Below are positions 1 through 8,166 of a stretch of 64,000 nt of DNA, piece after piece. The notes beneath the pieces are model-generated. The model saw only the letters and a program-made list of their open reading frames with translations, searched no databases and was not told the DNA's origin. Source of the stretch: Candidatus Pacebacteria bacterium CG_4_9_14_0_2_um_filter_40_15 (GTDB taxonomy: Bacteria; Patescibacteriota; Microgenomatia; UBA1400; PJMF01); NCBI GenBank assembly GCA_002788675.1, contig PFRS01000005.1, positions 3,731 through 67,730 on the forward strand. The letters run 5' to 3'. The position numbers and the translations under genes are program-made. The stretch's first letter is position 1; the number at the start of each line of letters is the position of its first letter.

Positions 1-624
1 CCAACCATATTTAGAAACTCCAAATTGTCTTTCATGATGACTAACTTCAATCTCACCGACTTTATAACCTCTCCATTTTAATAATGCTGGTATCATTCTA
101 TGAAGTTCACCGTACAGATCTAAATCTTCAAAACAATCTTGTTTATATATTCTCAGTGTGCATCCTGAATCATGGATACCGTCGTCTACAAGTATTCTTC
201 TAAGAACTCTCGCTCCATTTGAAATTATTCTTTTAGATGCAGTGTCTTTCCTTACTTTTCTCCATCCGCAAACAACATCAAGATCATCATTAATTAAGTA
301 CTCATACATTTTTGGTATATCCACTGGATCATTCTGGCCATCTCCATCTAGCGTAATGATGTAATCTCCAGTTGCAACTTTAATTCCAGCATCAAGTGCT
401 GATGATTGGCCAAAGTTTTTTCTGAAAATAATTATGATGTTCTTTTTTATCTTTTTAAGAATTTCAGTGCTACCATCTGTTGAACCATCATCAACCATAA
501 TCACTTCATAAGAAGTTTTCATTTTACGCATTGTAGAATGAATTCTTTCATTTAGTGGTAAGATATTTTCTTTCTCATTGTTTATAGGTATAACAATTGA
601 GAATAATGGTTTTTTATTCGTCAT
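1..624 (-). CDS. GT2 polyprenol-phosphate sugar synthase (DPM1/ArnC-like glycosyltransferase), C-terminus truncated by window edge
   Basis: My own minus-strand translation from the ATG at 624 gives MTNKKPLFSIVIPINNEKENI...VIMVDDGSTDGSTEIL...ITLDGDGQNDP. This is the classic GT2 N-terminal fold with DxD-type motifs. It is not in the ORF track because it runs off the window. Confidence 0.75.
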   Translation of the reverse strand, partial: MTNKKPLFSIVIPINNEKENILPLNERIHSTMRKMKTSYEVIMVDDGSTDGSTEILKKIKKNIIIIFRKNFGQSSALDAGIKVATGDYIITLDGDGQNDPVDIPKMYEYLINDDLDVVCGWRKVRKDTASKRIISNGARVLRRILVDDGIHDSGCTLRIYKQDCFEDLDLYGELHRMIPALLKWRGYKVGEIEVSHHERQFGVSKYGW

Positions 625-931
625 TTTTTTTATATAGTCTAATATTTCTAATATATACAAATAGTTGTAAAAATATACTTACAAAAAAAACAATATCTTT
701 TTTTTGAAAAACATATGCAAGTAACATAAGTGATCCTAAAAACCTTAAGTACCAGTAAAAACGTGGAACAACACTCTTTTTACTTTTTTCTGAAGCGTAC
801 CATTGTAAAATTATACTTGAGAAGAATACTGCTTGGGAAAGAAATCCCCAAAGAGTCCACAGATCAATTGTTGCAAATTCAGGAAAGGTCATAAACACCT
901 CTATATTTCTTAAAATAAGTATAAAATTCAT
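614..931 (-). CDS. small membrane protein with LAB_N (lipid-A-biosynthesis N-terminal) like domain; likely partner of the adjacent GT2
   Basis: 105 aa and hydrophobic. The motif LQWYASEKSKKSVVPRFYWYLRFLGSLMLLAY matches the LAB_N consensus (QW..SEK.kkSvvP..FW...S..G) as I remember it. The true start may be the internal Met (MTFPEF, ~892), which reduces the overlap with the upstream epimerase gene. Confidence 0.55.
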   Translation of the reverse strand: MNFILILRNIEVFMTFPEFATIDLWTLWGFLSQAVFFSSIILQWYASEKSKKSVVPRFYWYLRFLGSLMLLAYVFQKKDIVFFVSIFLQLFVYIRNIRLYKKNDE

Positions 932-1871
932 TTAATCCATCTTCTAACTTGATTTTTGGAGTATAGCCAATTAAGTTGTGAGACTTGTCGATATTTGCAA
1001 AAGTAATAGGTAATTCTTCACTACCTCTCTCTTTGTGTAGCACTGTTAAATCGAGGTTGAGTTTTTCACCAATAAGTTTTTTTGAAATGGAAATAAAATC
1101 TTCGATGCCAACAGGTGTATTATTTCCAAGATTAAATACTTCAAACGTCTTAAAACTCCATTTTTTTGTTAGTCCGGTAACTCCATCAACAAAATCATCA
1201 ATGTATGTCCAATCACGTTTATTCTCGTTAGTACCAAACTGGTAGAATGGTTTTCCTTGAATAGCAGCTTTAATAATTAAAAATGGTGCCATATCAACTC
1301 TTCCTCGAGGACCATAGATCGAAAAAGGTCTGACAATAGCTATCTTCATATCGTAATGATTTGAATACTCTTTTGCGAGTAGTTCCATTGCAAATTTTGA
1401 AACTCCGTATGGAGAACTAGGATTAGCTACCATGTTTTCAACAAAAGGTGTTTTTTCTTGAATTCCATAGACTGAGGATGAAGAGAGTAATACTATTTTG
1501 GTATCTAACTGGCTAATCCGAATTGCTTCTAAGATATTTTGGGTAGCTAGGATATTATTTTGAGTGTAGGTGAGCGGATTTTGAATACTATTTCTAACCC
1601 CGGCCATGCCTGCACAATGAATTATAAAGTCAGGTTTAATTCTCTTAATGAGTGCTTCTACCTTTTCAGTATTCTTTAAATCAATCTTGTGTAACTTAAA
1701 TTGAGTAGATGTAAGAAGTTTTTGAATATTAGATTCTTTAATTTTAGGTGAATAGTAATCATTAAAATTATCTATACCAATTACCGAGTTATTACGATCA
1801 GCTATGAGTGCTTCTGAAATATGGGATCCAATGAATCCAGCACAGCCGGTAACGATATACGTCTTTTTCAT
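879..1871 (-). CDS. NAD-dependent nucleotide-sugar epimerase, UDP-glucuronate 4-epimerase-like (SDR family)
   Basis: Rossmann motif TGCAGFIGSH and catalytic YGVSKFAMELLAKEY (YxxxK). VRPFSIYGPRGRVDMAPF resembles the RFFTVYGPWGRPDMA block of UDP-GlcA 4-epimerases. Confidence 0.7.
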   Translation of the reverse strand: MKKTYIVTGCAGFIGSHISEALIADRNNSVIGIDNFNDYYSPKIKESNIQKLLTSTQFKLHKIDLKNTEKVEALIKRIKPDFIIHCAGMAGVRNSIQNPLTYTQNNILATQNILEAIRISQLDTKIVLLSSSSVYGIQEKTPFVENMVANPSSPYGVSKFAMELLAKEYSNHYDMKIAIVRPFSIYGPRGRVDMAPFLIIKAAIQGKPFYQFGTNENKRDWTYIDDFVDGVTGLTKKWSFKTFEVFNLGNNTPVGIEDFISISKKLIGEKLNLDLTVLHKERGSEELPITFANIDKSHNLIGYTPKIKLEDGLNEFYTYFKKYRGVYDLS

Positions 1872-1874
1872 TAT

Positions 1875-2795
1875 TTAGTTTGAGATTCTGTTGTTTTGAA
1901 ACTGATACCTATACTGTTTTATATCATGAATGTGTTTTTGTGTCTGGAGTAATGAAAAGAAAACACTCTTTGTCATATTTTGTTTTATGGCTAACAACGC
2001 TAAAACTATCTGTCCCAACAAAATAAATGGAAATGTAACCACCAACTCAGTTGTCGATCGACTAATCAACGCCGTCCAAAGCAAATTCCTCACACTCATT
2101 TTATATCCAAACTCCGATTTTGCTCCAACAGTAGACGATTGCGCATGTTGTGCTTTTAAGTTTGTATCAACTAAGAGGGTGTAACCCCTAGACTTAATGC
2201 GAAGTGAGAGCTCAACATCTTCTGCATTAAAAAAGAAAAGCGGATTAAGCAGATACCCATAGACTGCAAATAGTTCTTTAACAACGAGTGTTTTTAGATA
2301 TAAACATGCTCCATTGAGTAATACATCGTTTGTGCGATTAGGATCTTTGTTTTGGAACGCCATTGCCGTTGGATAGTAGCGAACTCCAGCATTTTCTACT
2401 TTTGTAAGATCTGAATCTAAATAAAGAACAGGTTGAATGGCCGCCAATTTCTTATTTATAGACCATTGCTTCATTCTTTTTGGCAGTTCGGTCATCATGA
2501 TAGCGTTAACAAAAACATCATTATTGATCAAGCAAATATACTCTTGTGTAATGCCATCGAGATGCTTCTTCAGCCAAGTATTATAGCCTTCAGAGAATCC
2601 AAGGTTCTTTATGTGTTTAAAATACAAGACTCCAACCTTTTGAGCGATTGGTTCTAAAGAGTTTTTTGAGCCATTATCAATAAGGAGAATATTTTTCTTT
2701 GAAGTATACTTTTTAAGCTCAGTTACTGCTTTTTCCGTTACTTCAGGACTGTTGTAACCCATCATTATATAGAGACAGTTGTGATTAAGTTCCAT
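1875..2795 (-). CDS. GT2 family glycosyltransferase (WbbL/rhamnosyltransferase-like)
   Basis: LLIDNGSKNS, NLGFSEGYN and LINNDV are GT2 hallmarks. Hydrophobic C-terminal segment. Confidence 0.7.
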   Translation of the reverse strand: MELNHNCLYIMMGYNSPEVTEKAVTELKKYTSKKNILLIDNGSKNSLEPIAQKVGVLYFKHIKNLGFSEGYNTWLKKHLDGITQEYICLINNDVFVNAIMMTELPKRMKQWSINKKLAAIQPVLYLDSDLTKVENAGVRYYPTAMAFQNKDPNRTNDVLLNGACLYLKTLVVKELFAVYGYLLNPLFFFNAEDVELSLRIKSRGYTLLVDTNLKAQHAQSSTVGAKSEFGYKMSVRNLLWTALISRSTTELVVTFPFILLGQIVLALLAIKQNMTKSVFFSLLQTQKHIHDIKQYRYQFQNNRISN

Positions 2796-3891
2796 AAAAT
2801 GTTTCTAAAAGATCAGCAACCACTCTTTTGTATTTAAAAAATGTAATGGCGGTGTCGTTAGCAGTGTTGCTATTTTTATAAGTATTCTTAATGAGCTTGA
2901 TATCGTTACTGACTGAATGGGTAATTTCACTAAGATTTTTTTGAACTGTAAGATGATAGAGCTTCTTATTTCCAACCAAAACCCTCTTTCCAGCCGTAAT
3001 CGCCTCATACACAGGATACCCAAATCCCTCATAGATACTTGGCTGAATAACTAAAGCTGCATGTTTGTAGTAGCTTATCAGATCTGAGTACGATACTTTG
3101 GGAAAGTAGTGAACATCGGTAAGTATAGCTATTTTATCAAGAACTTTTTGTTTATCATTGCCGTTATTGCCAATCAAGACCAATGAATAGTCTTTAAAAT
3201 CAGGATGCTTTTTAAGTTCTTCAAAAAGATCAAGTACGTACGTGATCTTTTTATGCGGATAGAAAGCACTCACCGTAAGCAGATATTTTTTTATCTTAGG
3301 CTTTGGAGCAGTAGCTACTGCTTTTTTGAAACTTTCTTCAATACCTGGCCATACCACTTGAGTCTTTTTTGCGTAAAAAGGGAAGAAGTGTAACAAGCGT
3401 TGTTTAGCAAAATCTGAAGAAACAATTAATTGCGTAGCAAAGAGCATTGAAAACTCAGTTACTAGTTTGGTTGCCCAATAGGAAATGAATGAAAAATCTT
3501 CAGGATGGTCTTTCCAATTGGTGTCATGGACAGTAACTACTTTTCTAACACCTGGAACTAGAGCTGGCCCAATATATCCTGGCGAGTAACACACATCACA
3601 AGAGTATTTTAAGATTTCAAATGGAAATATGAGTTGCTCATAGAGAATCCGGGCTATCCTATTGCTGGCATGAATTGGTAAACAAACGATCTTAAACTTT
3701 TTTGAAAGATTCTTAAAACTGTGGCAATTTTCTTGGTTGCAGAAAAGTATATAATTATTGTTGGGATCGTGTGCATCAAGTGCAGAAAGTATGCTACGCG
3801 CATAATACTCAGTCCCGCCAACTTGATTTGGGATAAGGTAGAGTAAATTAATTCCAATGATCATACGAGTATTTCTGACTGGTTTCTTCAC
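2785..3891 (-). CDS. GT4 (GT1-fold) glycosyltransferase
   Basis: C-terminal EGFGYPVYEAITAGKRVLV is the retaining GT4 E-x7-E region. Overlaps the downstream GT2 by 11 nt. Confidence 0.75.
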   Translation of the reverse strand: MKKPVRNTRMIIGINLLYLIPNQVGGTEYYARSILSALDAHDPNNNYILFCNQENCHSFKNLSKKFKIVCLPIHASNRIARILYEQLIFPFEILKYSCDVCYSPGYIGPALVPGVRKVVTVHDTNWKDHPEDFSFISYWATKLVTEFSMLFATQLIVSSDFAKQRLLHFFPFYAKKTQVVWPGIEESFKKAVATAPKPKIKKYLLTVSAFYPHKKITYVLDLFEELKKHPDFKDYSLVLIGNNGNDKQKVLDKIAILTDVHYFPKVSYSDLISYYKHAALVIQPSIYEGFGYPVYEAITAGKRVLVGNKKLYHLTVQKNLSEITHSVSNDIKLIKNTYKNSNTANDTAITFFKYKRVVADLLETFYGT

Positions 3892-3934
3892 TACTCATAA
3901 TACACTACAGTAGCTATCTTAGACAGCCGAAACT

Positions 3935-6259
3935 ATGCTATTCTATATCAAGATGATGTCCTTTTTGAAACAAAAAAAATCACTTATTGTCTTACTTGCA
4001 CTCCTTCTTTTGAGTGTTGTTGTGGTTAATCTACCCAGAACCCTCACCTTCGCCGACAACGTCTCTCTCATGATCCCCGGCAAAATCTACACAGCCCACT
4101 GGCTGAAGCAAGGAGTACTTCCACTCTGGAACCCTACTATCTACGGAGGTCTACCTTGGCTAGCAGATATAAATCAATCAATCTTCTACCCCACCACCCT
4201 CCTCTTCCTCCTTTTTAAACCCTCCACAGCCCTCAATCTCACTATTCTGTTACACATACTCTTTTCAGCCTGGGGAATGTATCTGTTGGCAGACTTTTGG
4301 TTTAAGAAGCACAAAGCACACGCGGCTTTGGCAATAGTTGCAGCGTTGCTGTGGGTCGTCTCAGCTCAATTCGTGAACTCGTTTAATAACATCACCTTTT
4401 TGCAGTCGCTTACCTGGATGCCCTTTTTTGTGTACTTTGGCATGCGAATTTCAGAAGGAAGAAAGTATCTTTTGGGAATAGTAGGCATGGTGCTGTTACA
4501 ACTAGTTGGGGGCTATCCGGTACATGTGCTCTATAGCGGCCTGGCGGCCGCCGCCTTCTCCCTCTACACGCACCTCCAAACAAACAAAAACACGCCAAAA
4601 TCCCACCTCACTTGGCTCGTTCTCTGGCTTGGTGCTGTTGTAGTCTCAGTAGCAGTCTCAGCTTTTGTGTGGATGCCGTTTCTAGACGTCTTAGGTAACT
4701 CAACCAGAACCCTCCAATCAGACGCTCAGGCCGTTTCTGGATCGTTGCATCCGGTTGAGTTCAGTAAGTTTGTGGTTCCCTACTTCTTTGACAATCCTAA
4801 AGACGGAGTGCGGTGGGGCCCAGGCTGGAATGCCTTGCCAACGGTGTCACTCTATTTCCCTTGGATAACCTTTGTATTATTGGCAGGTGTGACACTATAT
4901 AAAAAAATGAGTCGTCGCATCCTCTTTTTATTGAGCCTGATTGTCGTACCAATACTTTTAGCCATGGGTGAGTACTTGCCGGGTTATGATGTGATCCGTA
5001 AATTTCCGTTATTCTCTTTTACCCGAGGACCGTCACTTATTTTAGTTGTCTCTGCCTTGGCACTCTCGTTACTTATTCCTGAATTACTTTCAGTCTTCCC
5101 TAAAAAAGTTTCTAAACTGCACAATAATGGTGTGTTAGTGTTGTCAGCTCTAGCTACACTCTTTTCTGGAGCACTGCTTTGGATCTCTCAATATAATTTC
5201 AGCCTAGTTTGGGATAGGATTCAGCCGTATGTGGCTGGTAGTCTGTTCCATACCTTTGAGCGCGATCAATTAATTCTGATTTCTATTGCTAAAAACATGT
5301 TTGTTTCAGCAGTTTTCCTAAGTATTGCCCTTGTGGCACTGTTCTATCTTAAAAAGCAACTAAAAATTATAGTGATTGCAGCGTGTCTGGTTTTAGACAT
5401 CGCCTACGGCTCCTCGGCCATGATTTGGATTGGCCCTGCCAGCATTTACGATTCACAAAGCACACTCATTCAGCAACTTCCCCAAGACAGCCAATCCCGC
5501 TACCTTATCCGCAACTACAACGCTCCCTACACAGAGTATGGTTCCTACTGGGAAGCCGTATACGTGCGAAAACCGTTCTCTGATTCGTACATTGATACAC
5601 AAGAGCTACAAGAGTTTAACCACCTGCAACGCATGGTAGATGGTGCCACACCGAACATGCACATGGCCCATGGGCTTAACTCGCTTAATGCGTATACGAC
5701 ACTTTTGCCAATTGATGTGAATGCACGCTGGAACACTACAGAGGTAGTCGGCATAAACAACGTGCCAGAAATTTCAGCCACTAGTTCTGCTTTGGCAGAT
5801 TGGGCAGTGAAGTACTACTTAGTTGATACCTTCTACCCAACCACAGAAGATTTTTCTATGCACACGTTGGTTTTGCAAGATGAGCTCTGGAAGCTGTATG
5901 AGCGCCGCGACGCACTGCCACGAATTCGCTATGAGGATGGTACTGCACTTGAGGGTGAAATATATGAAACGCCAAATACTATTACGCTGAAGCCGACAAA
6001 TGCTGCAGGACATACGGCGGTGATTATTGCGGATCGGTATGATGTGGATTGGAAGGCAATTAGTGATGGAACCACGGTTGAAATTGAAAACTATACTGGT
6101 ATGCGAAAAGTTACTCTGAAGCCGGATACTCAAATGCTTGTTTTGGAATATACACCGAGAAAGTTGTACCAGGGTTTGGGATTATCTGGGCTTACGGTAC
6201 TTATCATGGTAGTTTATATATGTGTTCAAAAGAAATTTTCAAAGTTATTTGAATCATAA
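3935..6259 (+). CDS. YfhO-family multi-pass membrane protein (GT-C type glycosyltransferase; LTA/WTA-glycosylation-like)
   Basis: 774 aa with an N-terminal TM helix and the YfhO-like motif WLKQGVLPLWNPTIYGGLPWLAD. Many TM segments, then a large C-terminal soluble domain followed by a final TM. Strikingly GC-rich segments lie inside an AT-rich genome. Confidence 0.65.
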   Translation: MLFYIKMMSFLKQKKSLIVLLALLLLSVVVVNLPRTLTFADNVSLMIPGKIYTAHWLKQGVLPLWNPTIYGGLPWLADINQSIFYPTTLLFLLFKPSTALNLTILLHILFSAWGMYLLADFWFKKHKAHAALAIVAALLWVVSAQFVNSFNNITFLQSLTWMPFFVYFGMRISEGRKYLLGIVGMVLLQLVGGYPVHVLYSGLAAAAFSLYTHLQTNKNTPKSHLTWLVLWLGAVVVSVAVSAFVWMPFLDVLGNSTRTLQSDAQAVSGSLHPVEFSKFVVPYFFDNPKDGVRWGPGWNALPTVSLYFPWITFVLLAGVTLYKKMSRRILFLLSLIVVPILLAMGEYLPGYDVIRKFPLFSFTRGPSLILVVSALALSLLIPELLSVFPKKVSKLHNNGVLVLSALATLFSGALLWISQYNFSLVWDRIQPYVAGSLFHTFERDQLILISIAKNMFVSAVFLSIALVALFYLKKQLKIIVIAACLVLDIAYGSSAMIWIGPASIYDSQSTLIQQLPQDSQSRYLIRNYNAPYTEYGSYWEAVYVRKPFSDSYIDTQELQEFNHLQRMVDGATPNMHMAHGLNSLNAYTTLLPIDVNARWNTTEVVGINNVPEISATSSALADWAVKYYLVDTFYPTTEDFSMHTLVLQDELWKLYERRDALPRIRYEDGTALEGEIYETPNTITLKPTNAAGHTAVIIADRYDVDWKAISDGTTVEIENYTGMRKVTLKPDTQMLVLEYTPRKLYQGLGLSGLTVLIMVVYICVQKKFSKLFES

Positions 6260-6371
6260 CATAATCCTATAACTATTGATTTCTTTTCATATTGAGTTAT
6301 AATACTCAAATAAACTGCTATAGATCATTAACTATCAAAGGTCAAACAGACAGGCTCACAGGAGCGATCAG

Positions 6372-6566
6372 ATGAATTTTGAAGAAATTGGTATAGTTCT
6401 GACGATTAGCATATTCTGGTTTTGCATAGTTGCACTTCCAGTATCTATCTCAACCTATGTTTTCTTTCGTGATTTTACAAGCGAAGAAAACGCAAGTTTG
6501 GGAGCGTTGATTGTCTTATTGGTAATGTTTATTGGATCCATAATCTACGGTCTTTGTACTGTATAG
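6372..6566 (+). CDS. small two-TM membrane protein, hypothetical
   Basis: 64 aa, preceded by SD AGGAG (6358-6362) and followed by a hairpin terminator. Confidence 0.45.
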   Translation: MNFEEIGIVLTISIFWFCIVALPVSISTYVFFRDFTSEENASLGALIVLLVMFIGSIIYGLCTV

Positions 6567-6577
6567 CAAGTTTAACA

Positions 6578-6608
6578 GCCCTCTGGACTTCCAGGGGGCT
6601 TATTTTTT
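6578..6608 (+). terminator. rho-independent terminator (partly bidirectional, between convergent genes)
   Basis: GCCCTCTGGA-loop-CCAGGGGGC stem of 9 bp including one G-U pair, followed by TTATTTTTT. Confidence 0.6.
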
Positions 6609-7196
6609 ACCCACAGCAAAATAGTCATTATAATATTTGGCGAAATTTGCGGTGATTTCTCGGCTATCCCGAAGTGGCCTATCAGTGAGTTCAGGCATTA
6701 ATCCAGAATCCTTTAAAGGAATTGGTTCTGATAATTCAGAACGAGTGTATCCAAATATTCTCAGCAACGCGATATTTATATCAGGATTTTTGAGGTAGGC
6801 TGCTCTGGCAATTTTGCCAACGCCACTTACCCAACGTTCCTGGGTATCTAAGTCCTTGTGAGCAAATCCTGCAGGTAAAATGAGCACGTTTCTGTGTTCA
6901 TCGGCTAGTTTGCTGGCAGCAGCTTCAATGGGTCTTTGGGGAACGGTGAGTGGTTGCTTTACAGAGTTGTGGACACCCAAAATTGTTTTAATAATTGCGT
7001 TACCAATTCTTGTACTTTCAAAATCTGTCGCACGTATAGGCATTATTTCCACTGCATTGGGAGCAATAAGATCAAAAAGACTTGCAATAAAGGGGACACT
7101 CAGGATAACAGGATTTTCGTCGCGAACTAATTTTGCAATTTGAACTGCGGCTTTAAGCGTTTCTGGATGGTTACCGATTATGAGTGTTTCTTTCAT
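6600..7196 (-). CDS. hypothetical protein (198 aa, soluble)
   Basis: Intact ORF with no recognisable family motif. Convergent with the small ORF and sharing its terminator. Confidence 0.5.
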   Translation of the reverse strand: MKETLIIGNHPETLKAAVQIAKLVRDENPVILSVPFIASLFDLIAPNAVEIMPIRATDFESTRIGNAIIKTILGVHNSVKQPLTVPQRPIEAAASKLADEHRNVLILPAGFAHKDLDTQERWVSGVGKIARAAYLKNPDINIALLRIFGYTRSELSEPIPLKDSGLMPELTDRPLRDSREITANFAKYYNDYFAVGKK

Positions 7197-7292
7197 TTTG
7201 ATATTTTTCTGATATCCACTACTCTAATGAGTTCGATGATATCTTAGGAATATACAATAGTTATTATATCCTATAATCATAGAATAACAAGT

Positions 7293-7320
7293 AAAAAGCC
7301 CCTCAAATGCATTGAAGGGC
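7293..7320 (-). terminator. rho-independent terminator for the lipoprotein gene
   Basis: GCCCCTCAA/TTGAAGGGC hairpin with one central mismatch. On the minus strand it is followed by TTTTT (7293-7297). Confidence 0.45.
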
Positions 7321-7335
7321 CTCGGTTGGTACACA

Positions 7336-7932
7336 CTATTCAAATTCTGCTAGTCGATTTTTTATAAATTGGTTATCAAAGGTATCATTTGAGTATACTG
7401 AGTTGCAGTACACTTTAGCAGTGGAAAATTCGCTGTTCGCGTCAGGACTGCCAATAACTTCAATATAGTGAAGTGGCTTGTACAGCTGTTTAAGCGCCGC
7501 TTGGGTAAGAAGCGCATTCAATTTATCGCTGTTAAGCCTTGTTTCAGTGAGGCTGGTTACAATTGGCCCATCGGCAGTTGCTTCTATGTTTACTGGGTAG
7601 GTATACCCATTTAACCAAACGTTAGCTGAATAATAGTCTGCATACTGCATACCATTCTCAGTTCTGCTGGCTTTCATCTCATATTGTGACCAGATCATCT
7701 GAGATTTGATTAAGCCATCATTTGGCGAATATGTTTGTGGATTGTAGCCACAAACTTTTTTCGCCGCATCTTGATAGTACTCAACAGAAAATGCGTTATC
7801 CGTCACCGCAACTTTTCTTCCATCCTGACTCCTGAAATCAAAATATTGAGCGCTTACCTGACAGCCAACTATCACACTTGCAATAGCAAGTATCCAAAAA
7901 ACTGCCCAAAAGAGTTGTTTAAGTCTTCTCAA
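7336..7932 (-). CDS. putative lipoprotein (signal peptide + lipobox), hypothetical function
   Basis: N-terminus MRRLKQLFWAVFWILAIASVIVGC: hydrophobic h-region ending in a VGC lipobox-like Cys. Confidence 0.55.
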   Translation of the reverse strand: MRRLKQLFWAVFWILAIASVIVGCQVSAQYFDFRSQDGRKVAVTDNAFSVEYYQDAAKKVCGYNPQTYSPNDGLIKSQMIWSQYEMKASRTENGMQYADYYSANVWLNGYTYPVNIEATADGPIVTSLTETRLNSDKLNALLTQAALKQLYKPLHYIEVIGSPDANSEFSTAKVYCNSVYSNDTFDNQFIKNRLAEFE

Positions 7933-8166
7933 TTTGAATGCTCCTGTAAACGGTAGTAATAGAAGCTCTATGCGAAGTGCAGTCAGATCCTCTACTCCTG
8001 AGTTTACAGGAATCTAGTGTGTGAAAGAGTGGATCACTTATTTCAAAAAATATATAAGCGATTAAGACTTATAGTATATCATGCAATATCAATACCTTTG
8101 AAAGGTTGCTAGATATACTTATTTTAGTGACTGTACGTTTGTATTCTTAAAGAATTAAAATGAAAG

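Noticed and set aside
158-364. 68-aa ORF on the + strand
   Set aside because: It lies antisense inside the clearly coding GT2 gene (1..624, minus strand), has no RBS and no recognisable motifs. Spurious.
4410-6133. Cluster of 60-104 aa ORFs in alternative frames (4410..4598, 5383..5583, 5430..5639, 5545..5781, 5819..6133)
   Set aside because: All are embedded in the 774-aa YfhO gene. They are artefacts of locally high GC (few stop codons), not genes.
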